Shown: in pieces, positions 26,154-35,547 of the stretch
How the letters are laid out: every line of letters begins with the position of its first letter
Position numbering within the stretch: the stretch's first letter is position 1
Source of the DNA: a virus
Lineage: Duplodnaviria; Caudoviricetes
DNA: 64,000 nt
Strand: one strand, 5' to 3'
Virus record (IMG/VR): IMGVR_UViG_3300033121_002140
Location: 1-64,000 of that record
Position numbers and translations under genes: made by a program
Notes under the pieces: generated by a model
The model's input: only the letters and a program-made list of their open reading frames with translations
Told to the model about the DNA's origin: nothing
The model's database searches: none

Positions 26154-26561
26154 TCACCTGTAGGCGGTGGCGGTCGCCGGACGAGGGCATTGCCCGCGCC
26201 AACCCAGCTCACGCGCGGTCAGGACCAGGCGCGTCAACAAAGGACGCACAGCCCAGTCAGGCACGCGGATGACCTGCGGCGCGCCGCCCGCAGGCGTGTA
26301 CGTGAGCACGACGTCGGTCATGATCTTGGTCCTGGTCCGCATCTCAGCGGCACCGCAAAGCTCGTACATCACGGCCGTCATCGAGTAGAGGTCGTTACGG
26401 TGCGCCAACTCGACGACGAGATCGGATGCGCCCCATTCGACGATCCTGATCGTCACGGCGTCCGAGTCTGCCTTCTCACGCCTGACCACCACGTCGCGAC
26501 CAGGTCGCAGCTCGCCGAGCCACCATGTCCACCACTTTTTCAGCTTTTTCAGGACACTCAT
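26154..26561 (-). CDS. hypothetical protein
   Basis: TGGTATGAT extended -10, 6 nt before ATG 26561. Confidence 0.7.
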   Translation of the reverse strand: MSVLKKLKKWWTWWLGELRPGRDVVVRREKADSDAVTIRIVEWGASDLVVELAHRNDLYSMTAVMYELCGAAEMRTRTKIMTDVVLTYTPAGGAPQVIRVPDWAVRPLLTRLVLTARELGWRGQCPRPATATAYR

Positions 26562-26642
26562 GCATTGATCATACCATCGTGCAGAGCACGATAACACCCA
26601 TTTCGCTTGGTTCGACCTTGGGTCCACAGCATAGCTACGACC

Positions 26643-27593
26643 ATGGTCGTCTATAAGGTGACGCACCGCACAACGGGCTTGTGCTACGTCGGAAAGACGC
26701 GCGGTACGGTCGAGAGCAGGTGGCGGGCGCACGTCCGCGATGCGCGGCGGGGCTCGCGGACGCGTTTCCACGCGGCCATCCGCGAGCACGACGCCGATGC
26801 TTTCGATGTCGAACAGGTCGAGCAGTGCGCCGACGCTGGCGAGCTCGACCGTGCGGAACGCAGATGGATCGAGCTGCTGGGGACGACGGATCCTGCGCGC
26901 GGCTTCAACAGCACGACGGGCGGACAGAACGGCGCGCTATGCGAGACGTCGAGACGCAAGATCTCGGTCGCGCTATCGGGCAAGTCCAAGGACGAACGCC
27001 ACCGCGCGCAGCTCTCCCACGCGCAGTCCCAAAAGACGGGGCCCCTGAACAGCTTCTTCGGTCGCACGCACTCGGAGGAGACGAAGCGACGCATCGCGGA
27101 TTCGATGCGAGGTGAGCGCGGGCCCTGTTTCAATCGAACAGGAGAGCGCCACCCGATGTGGGGCACGCAGCACAGCGATGAGGCCCGCCAGAAGATGGCT
27201 GCGGCGCATGTAGGCAGGTCTCTCACCCACGAGCACGCGAGAAGCATCTCCGAGGGCCATGGTCGACGCAACGCTGCTCTGCACGAAAAACGGGCCAGGG
27301 CGCTTGAGCTCCTCGACGCAGGGCTGACACGACGGCAGGTGCGCGAGGAATTGGGCGTGACGCTAGGGTTCATTTACGGCGCGACGTCGCGCCGTAACAC
27401 TGCGCGTCGCGCCTCAGGCCTGCAGGCCAGCGGCGATGAACATGCGGGCGTTGTAGGGCCCGAAGCACCCGTCGAGCAGGGCCTGGGGAGGCACCCAGAC
27501 GACCCTGCCGGCCTCGGTCGTCCGGATGGGCCCCCTGCAGTCGTGCCAGTCGGCCTCGAAGGTCGTGGTGACGAAGCCGTCGTGCTCCTCTGA
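26643..27593 (+). CDS. GIY-YIG homing endonuclease with NUMOD3 repeats
   Basis: VVYKVT...YVGKT, RW..H, E..WI, GFNST; FFGRTHSEETK and MWGTQHSDEAR repeats; ATAGCTA 5 nt upstream. Confidence 0.9.
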   Translation: MVVYKVTHRTTGLCYVGKTRGTVESRWRAHVRDARRGSRTRFHAAIREHDADAFDVEQVEQCADAGELDRAERRWIELLGTTDPARGFNSTTGGQNGALCETSRRKISVALSGKSKDERHRAQLSHAQSQKTGPLNSFFGRTHSEETKRRIADSMRGERGPCFNRTGERHPMWGTQHSDEARQKMAAAHVGRSLTHEHARSISEGHGRRNAALHEKRARALELLDAGLTRRQVREELGVTLGFIYGATSRRNTARRASGLQASGDEHAGVVGPEAPVEQGLGRHPDDPAGLGRPDGPPAVVPVGLEGRGDEAVVLL

Positions 27594-27884
27594 CTCATAG
27601 ACGAACCGCAAGGCGCGCGGATCGACCGTGAGCCCAGTCTCCTCCAGCAGCTCGCGCGCGGCAGCCTCGGCCAGGTCTTCCCCGGGCTCCACCTTGCCGC
27701 CCGGACAGCCGAAGTCCGTGGGATCGTGCTTGCGTGAGACCGCGAGCACGCGGCCCATGTGCCTGATCAGCACGCAAGCCGCACGTTTTGACCCAGGTTC
27801 GTCGTTGCGATCTGTGACCTGCACGATGATCATCTCCTCCTCCAGGAGCCCCCGCACGGCGGCACGAAGGAGGTCTGACCTCAT
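27414..27884 (-). CDS. NUDIX hydrolase with LRxxVRxxLEE leader
   Basis: Nudix box GGKVEPGEDLAEAAARELLEETG. Confidence 0.93.
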   Translation of the reverse strand: MRSDLLRAAVRGLLEEEMIIVQVTDRNDEPGSKRAACVLIRHMGRVLAVSRKHDPTDFGCPGGKVEPGEDLAEAAARELLEETGLTVDPRALRFVYESEEHDGFVTTTFEADWHDCRGPIRTTEAGRVVWVPPQALLDGCFGPYNARMFIAAGLQA

Positions 27885-28276
27885 CGTGCGATTCCTCGGG
27901 TCATGTCCTCGCGGCGCGCCGCGAGCTCGCGCGTGACCTGGGTGGACAGGTCTGCTCGCACCAGGCCGATCACGCGGCCGTTGTCTGCCAGGGGCTTGAA
28001 GCGCGGCGGCTGCCCGTCCGGAGCCTCCGTGACGTTCGCCTCGGTGGCCTCCAGCACGTCCTTGACCGCGTCCACCACGTCCTCGCAGACGACGGCCGCG
28101 AGCTTCTGCTTGACCACGACGCCCAGCAACGGGCACGCGATCTGCCCGGCTGCGTCGACCGCTGCTCCTGCCAGCACGGGGTCGACCCTACCGTCGACGC
28201 AGCCCTGCAGGGTGCCGCAGGCGAGCGCGACCGCGAAGAAGGCCGCGTGCGCGGCCAGCCACCTCGAAAATCTCAT
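27881..28276 (-). CDS. lipoprotein
   Basis: signal with lipobox LQG-C; ATACCTA motif and GGGAGG RBS upstream. Confidence 0.7.
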   Translation of the reverse strand: MRFSRWLAAHAAFFAVALACGTLQGCVDGRVDPVLAGAAVDAAGQIACPLLGVVVKQKLAAVVCEDVVDAVKDVLEATEANVTEAPDGQPPRFKPLADNGRVIGLVRADLSTQVTRELAARREDMTRGIAR

Positions 28277-28394
28277 GTCGAAGACCTCCCATCGCTAGGT
28301 ATGGGGCGGTGCCATGACGGCCACAGCACGGTCGCGATCAGGTACAGCAGCCTGCCTGCCTCACGCGGGCACCTGCCCTTTTCGCAGGACTGGC

Positions 28395-28709
28395 TCAAGT
28401 CGACTGGCCCAGGGCCTGGCCGAGCGAAAACCCGAGGTTGAAGCCCAGGCCAGATCCCAGGTCGCACGTCGCTGGGACGCAGGCATCATGCCGAGGACGC
28501 TGCACCGTGAACAGCGTCGTGTGCCCGCAGCCCAGGCACACGTGCTCGTACACGCCGTCGGGTAGGACGATCATGGACGGCGGCGTATGCCCGCTGTGGC
28601 GGCAGGGACTGGGACCGGGCAGGTCCCCCACACGACGAAGGCCTCCCGTGCGCCGTCGTCGGGCCTCCGCAAGCTTCTGCACAGAGATCCACGCATTGGT
28701 TGCCAACAT
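28395..28709 (-). CDS. Zn-binding phage protein
   Basis: CRHSGHTPPSMIVLPDGVYEHVCLGCG; TAGGTT -10 box 6 nt upstream. Confidence 0.7.
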   Translation of the reverse strand: MLATNAWISVQKLAEARRRRTGGLRRVGDLPGPSPCRHSGHTPPSMIVLPDGVYEHVCLGCGHTTLFTVQRPRHDACVPATCDLGSGLGFNLGFSLGQALGQST

Positions 28710-28718
28710 GGTACGAAC

Positions 28719-28910
28719 CTACGCCTTTGGCGCGCACGCAGACACATCGCCGCGTGCGCGCCTGCGTGCCACGATCGACTTGGCCTCTTCCAGGCCCCAG
28801 TTGACCAGGCCCGTCGCCAGCGCGACCACGGCCGCGGTCAGGGCCGCGATGCCCACCTGACGGCGCTCGTCGGGCGTCAACCCGGCATCGTGATGCATGG
28901 GCACGATCAT
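28719..28910 (-). CDS. small single-TM membrane protein
   Basis: hydrophobic VGIAALTAAVVALATGLVNWG; ATGA overlap. Confidence 0.6.
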   Translation of the reverse strand: MIVPMHHDAGLTPDERRQVGIAALTAAVVALATGLVNWGLEEAKSIVARRRARGDVSACAPKA

Positions 28911-29326
28911 CGTCGCTCGTCCGCAGCCTGCCAGGCGCGCCAATGCGGTTCCAGCACGGCCTCGTGCTTGCGCTCGAAGTCGCGCACGTCCTGCTGCCGG
29001 GCTTCATGACCGGGATCGAGCCGTGCTTGACGCTGCAGCCTCGCGTACTCGAAAAAAAGCAACAGCGTCTTCGTCAGCGTCTCCTCCCTGCTCGGAGCAG
29101 GCGGGGGCGGAGGCCTCGGGATGCCCATGAGCTCGTGCTCCACGTAGCGACGCACGTCTCCAGGTCCGATCCCGTAGCCGCCCTCGTCCCAGTCAGTCAC
29201 GCCCAGCAGCTCACCGCAGCCCAGGACCCACGACTTGCCCTCGGGCGACCTGAGCTTCACGTGCTGGCTCCCCACCGCAAATGCCCAGGTGCCTGAAGAA
29301 AGGACGAGGTCACGCATCTTCGCCAT
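28907..29326 (-). CDS. hypothetical protein
   Basis: natural-looking sequence in operon context. Confidence 0.65.
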   Translation of the reverse strand: MAKMRDLVLSSGTWAFAVGSQHVKLRSPEGKSWVLGCGELLGVTDWDEGGYGIGPGDVRRYVEHELMGIPRPPPPPAPSREETLTKTLLLFFEYARLQRQARLDPGHEARQQDVRDFERKHEAVLEPHWRAWQAADERR

Positions 29327-30191
29327 GTTCGACGTCGTTCCTGCCCCAGAGGGGCTCGAAAGTGGGAATGAGACGGTTGGACCAATACGGATCCGACGTG
29401 ACCTTGTTCACGCCCAGGGCACGCAGCTCGGACCTCAGCCCTTCCCAGTCGCGGACCGGACATGACGACTCGACCGCGTCCAGCTCCTCCTCAGGCACCT
29501 CCGCCAGCTTGATGAGGTGAAAGTTGAGGGTCAATCTCTCCTTCCGGCCCTCCACCGCAAGGAAGCGCTCGAGCGCGTCCGGGGTCCGCACCAGCTCCAG
29601 GGCACGCTTCGGCCCGATGCCCTCGAACCCCCTCACGTTGTCGCCCTCGTCGCCCTTCAGCGCCTTCCACAGCACGTATGCGTCGCCTGCCAGCTCGTGC
29701 GTCAGGTAGTCGTCCTTGTGCGCGCTGAAGAGCCTGACGTTCGGTCGGTCCAGGAGCTGGAGGAAGTCTGTGTCGCTTGACACGACCGTGAAGTCGACGG
29801 CCGTCGAGGCGCGTGCGACCAACGTGTTGATCAGGTCATCGGCCTCGAACCTGGGATGGCGCATGACGGCCACAGGCATGAAGCGCCTGACCAGCTCCAC
29901 AGCGTGGCTCGCGACGACCAACATGTCGTCGCGAGCCTGGGCCCGTCGCCGGCCCTCATCGTCCAGCGTGCTCGGGTCGACTCGACGGTTGGCCTTGTAG
30001 GCAGGAAAGAGGGCAAGCCTGTCGACAGGCTTGCCCTCGAACACCATGACCACGCGCGTGGGTGCCAGGCGCTCCACGGTCGCACGCAGGCACGTGAAGA
30101 GCGACGCCAGCGGCATGCCTGAGCCGCAGGCCCGGTGCAGGTAATTCAGCCCGTCGATGATGACTGTGTGAGGTCGGGATCGCAGGCTCAT
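29310..30191 (-). CDS. 5'-3' exonuclease (PolA N-terminal / T4 RNase H-like)
   Basis: IIDGLN, VFEG, YKANR, EADD, SSDTDF, GDEGDNVRGFEGIGPKRA. Confidence 0.93.
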   Translation of the reverse strand: MSLRSRPHTVIIDGLNYLHRACGSGMPLASLFTCLRATVERLAPTRVVMVFEGKPVDRLALFPAYKANRRVDPSTLDDEGRRRAQARDDMLVVASHAVELVRRFMPVAVMRHPRFEADDLINTLVARASTAVDFTVVSSDTDFLQLLDRPNVRLFSAHKDDYLTHELAGDAYVLWKALKGDEGDNVRGFEGIGPKRALELVRTPDALERFLAVEGRKERLTLNFHLIKLAEVPEEELDAVESSCPVRDWEGLRSELRALGVNKVTSDPYWSNRLIPTFEPLWGRNDVEHGEDA

Positions 30192-30248
30192 GCCTGCATG
30201 CTACCAGGTCCAGGCCCCAGGGAACACTGGAACCTCACGGCATGGGCG

Positions 30249-30494
30249 TCAGGAGCCGCAACCGGCGTCCGGCCCGTCGACCGTCGTGGTCGTGCTGGGG
30301 CCCTCGGCCTGGTCTTCTTCCATCGGATCGACGCAGTCGTCGAACATCCCGTCGTCGCCTCCGCCTCCTGCTCCGCCCACGCAGGACGCCCACTGCGTCC
30401 CGACGTCGTCATCGACCAACGTCCAGCCCCGGGCACAGCCGATGAAACCGAGCGCACACAGCACCACCGTGACGCACAGACGAGTCGTGGTCAT
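30249..30494 (-). CDS. small acidic lipoprotein
   Basis: lipobox FIG-C; GGGAG RBS. Confidence 0.6.
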   Translation of the reverse strand: MTTTRLCVTVVLCALGFIGCARGWTLVDDDVGTQWASCVGGAGGGGDDGMFDDCVDPMEEDQAEGPSTTTTVDGPDAGCGS

Positions 30495-30596
30495 GTGTCT
30501 TCTCCCTGTCCCTGGAACGGACTCAGCGCCCGCCCAGAACAAGGACCATACCACGCTCTTTACCGGCAAAACACAGCTAGATCGCAGGCGGTCGAG

Positions 30597-31331
30597 TCAC
30601 ACCCTCGTGAGCTCGAAGTGCATCGGGTCGGGCCTACTCGCGAAGTGGGAGCCCGAGAACCAACCCAGCCTGTTCGCGATCGGAATGAGCTCGGCCACAG
30701 AGCCCGGGGCCCAGGGCGGCACGCCCTGGCGCCCCATCGGGTTCCAAGCCGCGTTGATGTCGAAGGCAGTGCCCCAGGCATGGTTCGACAGCAGGCTCGT
30801 GGACCCACGGACGAACCTGGGGGCCCACATGCCTGCCCACGACAGCACCTTCCCACGCAGGCCCGCGGCCTCCCAGGCCGCGAACAGCTCCAGGAGCCGC
30901 GGACCCACGAGCCTGTGGCACATGACGGCGCCGTCATGTGCCGCGCCGTCGACCCCCACGAGCTGCGGCACCCTCACCACGACGATGTTCTGGGCAGGCC
31001 ACGGCCCGACGATCCTGATCCCGCCTGGGTTCGAGGCAGACGGCGCGGACTCGTATGCGAACTCCCCGAAGAGCGCCCGGCGTGCCTCGTCCGAGAGAGG
31101 GCCGAACCCGGGGGCCGCGGGCCAGGACCAGCCCGGGGCCGATCGTGTCTTTGGACCCACGACGCCGTCTGGCTCAAGGCCGTGCCTACGCTGGAACGCC
31201 TGCGTCGCGGCCCTCGTGACGGGTCCAAACACTCCGTCGACAACGAGCGCTGCGCCCTCGTGCCTGAGCCGCTCCTGCCACGTCCGCACGTCGTCGCCGA
31301 TGACGCCTTCTTTCAACAAGCGCACGGTCAT
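30597..31331 (-). CDS. endolysin: PG-binding domain plus M15-family peptidase
   Basis: GDDVRTWQ...DGVFGPVT...DGVVGPKT; R...SNHAWGTAFDIN; DPMHFE. Confidence 0.92.
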   Translation of the reverse strand: MTVRLLKEGVIGDDVRTWQERLRHEGAALVVDGVFGPVTRAATQAFQRRHGLEPDGVVGPKTRSAPGWSWPAAPGFGPLSDEARRALFGEFAYESAPSASNPGGIRIVGPWPAQNIVVVRVPQLVGVDGAAHDGAVMCHRLVGPRLLELFAAWEAAGLRGKVLSWAGMWAPRFVRGSTSLLSNHAWGTAFDINAAWNPMGRQGVPPWAPGSVAELIPIANRLGWFSGSHFASRPDPMHFELTRV

Positions 31332-31357
31332 AGCTATGCGCCGATCGTCGGTCGTCC

Positions 31358-32767
31358 TCACGTTCGCCTGAGCGGATAGACCTTCCTGAGCCGGCGGACG
31401 TCTGGACTGCGCTCTGCCCTCACGTCTGTGACGTCGAAGGCCGCAGCCCGCGACGTCGTTTGGCCTGACGCGTCCACAGCCGCCACCGCCAGCGTGAATG
31501 TCCTCGACGTCCACCCAGGTTGGTCATGGACCACGGCATAGCGCCTGCCTGCTGACAACGCGGAGCTCGTGCTGCTCACGTCGAATTGGTCGCCGAAGAC
31601 AGAGCCCGAGAACACCATGACCGTGCTGCCGTCGGCCAGCGCGGCAGTGCAGATGGCCGACTCGAGCCCGGCCGACGCCGTGACGTCGATGGTGATCTGC
31701 GCGCCTCGCCCGATCGCCCCGCCGTTGGGCGAGAAAGACACATAGGGCGGCGTGCCCGCGACGAAGTCAGTGACATGGTACGCAGAGTGCGCACGTGCCA
31801 CGGCACCGCTGACGTTGGTGGCGATCGCGTCGATCGCCACCAACGACGCGAACCAGCCCGAGTCAGGCTTGATCGTGAAGCGTGAGCCGCCCGCCACAGA
31901 CGTGGTCGACGAACCCGTCGTGAACCTGCCCACGAAGCCTGTGCCATCCCAGGCCAGCAACGAATCAGCGGACCCGCTCGAGATCCAGATCGCTGAGCAC
32001 GAGACAGGAAACGTCCCGCTCATGACAATCGTGACGTCGACGGAGTCGGCAACCAGCCTGCTGCTACCAGACGAGGGCATGAACGTGATGGAGGGAGCCG
32101 GCCCCACTGACCCCGTGGCGCCTCCGCCCGATCCGGTGCCCGCTGTCAGCGCGGCATCGATGCTGGTCATCATGGCCTCGAAGTTCCTGACGAACGCCAG
32201 CCCGCTGCCGTAGGTGAACCCTGTCTCAGGTAGGCCCGTGGCGCTCGCAGCAAGAAGAGCAGGGCTCGTGCCGATGCCGCCTGAGATGGGCTGGTACATG
32301 ACGCTGACGTCGGGCTCAGGGTAGCCTGAGTTCGTGGTGTAGACGTAGAACGCCCAGGGCGATGACGTCTGCACGCCTGAGACCACGTCATAGGGCCCGC
32401 CCAAGAAGATGCCGCTCGAGACCAACGTCTCCTCATCAGAGGCGGACGGACGCGTCGTCGCCCCGCCGCCGGTGAAACCCGAGGCAGGTGATCGCGAGAT
32501 GTACCACGTGGTATTGTCGCCGCCGCCACCACGTTGGAACAGCCATTGAACGACACCGCTTGGATCCCTAAGAACGGCCCAGGCAAAATCGTTGTCCCAC
32601 CCGCCGGCTCCTGCGTTGCCGCTCGTGATCTGGTCGCCGCTCGCGTTGAACGTGGTGCCGTCGCTTGACTGCGTCACAGTCCACGAGCCGGACTTCAATC
32701 GGGTCTTGTGGTAGTAGAAGACCTCAGGCGGGGTCGTGACTGTCGTGGTGCCGACGTCGATCGCCAT
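31358..32767 (-). CDS. putative virion structural / tail-associated protein
   Basis: Gly/Ser/Thr-rich beta protein with two similar Ig-like repeats (PSITFMPSSG / PYVSFSPNGG). Confidence 0.6.
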   Translation of the reverse strand: MAIDVGTTTVTTPPEVFYYHKTRLKSGSWTVTQSSDGTTFNASGDQITSGNAGAGGWDNDFAWAVLRDPSGVVQWLFQRGGGGDNTTWYISRSPASGFTGGGATTRPSASDEETLVSSGIFLGGPYDVVSGVQTSSPWAFYVYTTNSGYPEPDVSVMYQPISGGIGTSPALLAASATGLPETGFTYGSGLAFVRNFEAMMTSIDAALTAGTGSGGGATGSVGPAPSITFMPSSGSSRLVADSVDVTIVMSGTFPVSCSAIWISSGSADSLLAWDGTGFVGRFTTGSSTTSVAGGSRFTIKPDSGWFASLVAIDAIATNVSGAVARAHSAYHVTDFVAGTPPYVSFSPNGGAIGRGAQITIDVTASAGLESAICTAALADGSTVMVFSGSVFGDQFDVSSTSSALSAGRRYAVVHDQPGWTSRTFTLAVAAVDASGQTTSRAAAFDVTDVRAERSPDVRRLRKVYPLRRT

Positions 32768-32782
32768 CGTGGATCGGCTCTC

Positions 32783-33022
32783 TTACATGCCTGCCACGAG
32801 GGCCTGGACCGCGAGCCCCACCCGCGTCCTGAGCTCTGCTGGCAGCGCGCTCAGGAGCACGTAGGTCTCCGGGTGCTGCGCGCTGGCCGGCACGCCCTCG
32901 ACCATGCCTCCCCGCGCGCTCGTGACGATGGCACGGATCACGAGCGGCGCCGGCCCAGGGCGGACAGCGGCCATGGGTGCCATGAGGTCCACTCGCTGCA
33001 TCTGTTGGTTCTGCTGGCCCAT
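32783..33022 (-). CDS. hypothetical protein
   Basis: GGGAGG RBS; operon context. Confidence 0.6.
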   Translation of the reverse strand: MGQQNQQMQRVDLMAPMAAVRPGPAPLVIRAIVTSARGGMVEGVPASAQHPETYVLLSALPAELRTRVGLAVQALVAGM

Positions 33023-33044
33023 CTTCGTTCCCTCCCTTGCGTCC

Positions 33045-33239
33045 TCAGCCCTTCAGGAGCTGAACTCCTTTGCCCTCGGTCAGCGCGGCCTGCGAGGCCT
33101 GCAGTTTCTGCGCATAGTAGGCACGGTCCTGCTCCATCTGTGCGATCTGTCCGTCTGTGCCGCCGTTGGCTCTGAGCACAGCCAGCGCTTCATCCAAGAG
33201 GACGATCTGCTTGTGAAGCATTTCAGACGTTGCTGACAT
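33045..33239 (-). CDS. hypothetical protein directly downstream of tmRNA
   Basis: GAGAGGG RBS; natural helical sequence. Confidence 0.65.
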   Translation of the reverse strand: MSATSEMLHKQIVLLDEALAVLRANGGTDGQIAQMEQDRAYYAQKLQASQAALTEGKGVQLLKG

Positions 33240-33261
33240 TGTTTCCCTCTCTGTTCGAAAC

Positions 33262-33623
33262 TGGTGGAGCTGCCCGGTACTGCCCCGGGGTCCAAGAGTC
33301 AATCAGTCACATCCTCGTCCACGTGCATGGTCGCAGCATCCCCTGCGACTGGGCCCGCGGTTTCGGCCGCGGCCTATCCCTCGCTGATCTCGACCACGCT
33401 ATCGAGGACGTCCTCGCGTGATCCAGCCCTGTGGTTCATGCCCGTGCGCGAATACCAGGACGATCTCTCCGCCGGACAGCTCAGGCAGCGATCCTACGGA
33501 TATGCGCCGGAGCAGCAGTGCTGTTGTCGTTCGCAGCTGATTCTTCCCGATTGGTCATGGCGGATCAGGAGCCGCCCGCACGCAGATGCGCCTTTCTTCC
33601 CCTGTCGAGTCTATGTCAGCCCC
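33262..33623 (-). ncRNA. ssrA: tmRNA (transfer-messenger RNA)
   Basis: 5' GGGGCTG pairs with 3' CAGCTCC-A-CCA including G3:U70; GACTCGAC D-loop-like segment; T-arm CCCGG/CCGGG; internal tag ORF; 362 nt. Confidence 0.95.
33481..33534 (-). other. tmRNA tag reading frame ANDNSTAAPAHIRRIAA*
   Basis: resume codon GCG at 33534; ANDN start and IAA end typical of SsrA tags. Confidence 0.9.
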
Positions 33624-33657
33624 AGACACGGTAGATATAGCACCCCCGTGCGTGCGT

Positions 33658-34317
33658 TTACACCTGGGCAGGGCCCGCGTGATGGGCACGACCGCGGCGG
33701 CGCGCACGGCGACGAGGCATGGCCGGCATCACGGGCTCGGGCGGGCGACGCCGCGGATACTCTCGGACGGGCTCGTCGTCGCCGAACGGGTCGAGGTCCA
33801 CCTCGACCATCGCGTCGTCCGCCAGCTGGCCCACCTCGATGCTCTCCTGGGCTTGACCCTCCTGGGCCTGCTGGTCGATCCCTGCATGCTGATCGCGTAG
33901 AGCGTCGATCTTCAGCTGCTGCCCCCTGAGGTAGCGCCTGCGCAGCTCCTGCGTGATGATGTCATGCTCTTGGTCGCGGCCCTCGGCGAGCGCCGCCGAG
34001 ATCAGCTCTGTGAGAGGCCGGGTCCGTCTGTTGCGCGCCAGAGCCGCCGTGACCTGCATGCTCAGCAGCAACCGTGCCTTGATCCGAGACAGGGCCTGGG
34101 ACAGGGGAACGGACGGATCGTCCTCGTCCGAGCACTCGAGCGATCCGCACGGCTTGTCGTCCATGCGCTGCACGAGCAGCGCATACAGCGCAAGCACCTC
34201 ATCCGGGGTGAACCTCACCTCGATCGTGCCAGGCCAGTGTCCGGCACGCTTGTCGCAGCAGCCCCCGTCCGAGTCCATCTTTTCTTCCATCACCACGTGC
34301 ACCTTTCGATCCGACAT
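33658..34317 (-). CDS. hypothetical protein
   Basis: natural composition; GAGAGG RBS-like sequence upstream. Confidence 0.65.
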   Translation of the reverse strand: MSDRKVHVVMEEKMDSDGGCCDKRAGHWPGTIEVRFTPDEVLALYALLVQRMDDKPCGSLECSDEDDPSVPLSQALSRIKARLLLSMQVTAALARNRRTRPLTELISAALAEGRDQEHDIITQELRRRYLRGQQLKIDALRDQHAGIDQQAQEGQAQESIEVGQLADDAMVEVDLDPFGDDEPVREYPRRRPPEPVMPAMPRRRARRRGRAHHAGPAQV

Positions 34318-34334
34318 TTGGTTGGCCCTTCCTC

Positions 34335-34775
34335 TCAGGATCCGGTCGGGCCCTTGATCCTTGCCTTGACGACTGCGCCGTCCGGCAGCTGCATCAGGGT
34401 CGTGCCCTGTGTGCCCTGCTCCAGCAGCACTGCTTCCTCATGCTTGGGTGGCTGTTCGTTCTCTGCGCCAGGAAACGCGCGGCGCGAGGCCTCCACCGCG
34501 CGCTCGACCAGCGCATCCACCGCAGCGACTGCTCGCTGCCGCAGCGCCTGCTGGAGCTTCGTGCTGCTGTCGAAGGCCTCGTGCACTGCTGGATCGAGCT
34601 CGAACCTGGACCCATCCTCGACCGCGCTGAGCTGCGCTGTGTACACGGTACGTGTGCCCCCGCCCAGGACCGTGCGCCTGTTCTCCTCGATCACCTGGAC
34701 CGCGACCACGTCCTGCTCTTGGAGCAGGACGAGGAACAGCACCTGGCCCACCGAGAACTGCCAGTCCTGCGTCAT
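34335..34775 (-). CDS. hypothetical phage protein
   Basis: FSVGQVLFLV beta-rich N-terminus. Confidence 0.75.
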   Translation of the reverse strand: MTQDWQFSVGQVLFLVLLQEQDVVAVQVIEENRRTVLGGGTRTVYTAQLSAVEDGSRFELDPAVHEAFDSSTKLQQALRQRAVAAVDALVERAVEASRRAFPGAENEQPPKHEEAVLLEQGTQGTTLMQLPDGAVVKARIKGPTGS

Positions 34776-35233
34776 CGGGACCTCTTCTTGGAGGAAGAAG
34801 GCGTCTCTGGGCTGGGCTCAGCCTGCTCCAGGACGACGTCGAGGAACGCGCTCGGATCCGGGGGCGCCCCCGGATCCGCCTCCTGCCCGGCGGCATCGAA
34901 GCGCTGGACTGCGAGCTCGGGCATGGGCACCGACGTGGGCACGACCACGAAGTCAGGGGCCGCATCACCCAGCGGGACTCCCAGCTCCACGCACACCTGC
35001 TGTAGCTTGTGCCAGAGCCTGGACTCCACGATCGACCTGCCAGTGGCAGTGGCGAGGGACTGGCTCACGGTCCGTGAGCCGTCCGGCGGCAGCACGATCC
35101 CGAACAGGTCCCTCATGTGGACGGCGTCCGCCGCCGTGAGCCTGAGGCTCGCGACAGGCCTGGGCCTGGTGTCGACGTGCTCAGGCCGCGTCTTCCTGCG
35201 GTCGGAGGCCTTTCTTTTCCTCGAGGTCGCCAT
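34772..35233 (-). CDS. hypothetical phage protein
   Basis: TAGGAT -10 box 8 nt upstream of ATG 35233. Confidence 0.7.
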   Translation of the reverse strand: MATSRKRKASDRRKTRPEHVDTRPRPVASLRLTAADAVHMRDLFGIVLPPDGSRTVSQSLATATGRSIVESRLWHKLQQVCVELGVPLGDAAPDFVVVPTSVPMPELAVQRFDAAGQEADPGAPPDPSAFLDVVLEQAEPSPETPSSSKKRSR

Positions 35234-35268
35234 CGCTCTTGATCCTACTGGGCCCGCGGCCCGACGGA

Positions 35269-35547
35269 TCACTCCTCGGGGCCTTGAAGGGCCTCGCGGA
35301 ACGTGTCGGCCGCGTCCCTGTGCGCGATCTCGCTCTCGATCTTCAGGATCCGCATGACGCTCTTCAGGGTCTTCAGGTCCACCTTCTCGGCGAACTCGTC
35401 GTCCAGGGTCCGCATGTCCTCCCTGATGCCGTCGATCTGGCCCTCGAGCATGTCGCGCCGCTCGACGTACTCCTTGACGGCCTTCTTGAGCTCATCGAGC
35501 TCCGCTGGGTCCATCGCCTCGATCTTGTTCACAGCACACTTGGCCAC
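35269..35547 (-). CDS. dsDNA-binding protein, T4 DsbA / GapR-like
   Basis: helical EGQIDGIREDMRTLDDEFAEKVDLKTLKSVMRI pattern. Confidence 0.75.
   Translation of the reverse strand: MAKCAVNKIEAMDPAELDELKKAVKEYVERRDMLEGQIDGIREDMRTLDDEFAEKVDLKTLKSVMRILKIESEIAHRDAADTFREALQGPEE

Noticed and set aside
33262-33300. tRNA-like 3' end as a separate tRNA-Ala or an integration site
   Set aside because: It pairs with a 5' end 360 nt away and encloses a tag ORF, so it is tmRNA. No duplicated att copy or integrase was seen.
33264-33929. 221-aa + strand ORF and other ORFs over the tmRNA
   Set aside because: Antisense to ssrA; not protein-like.
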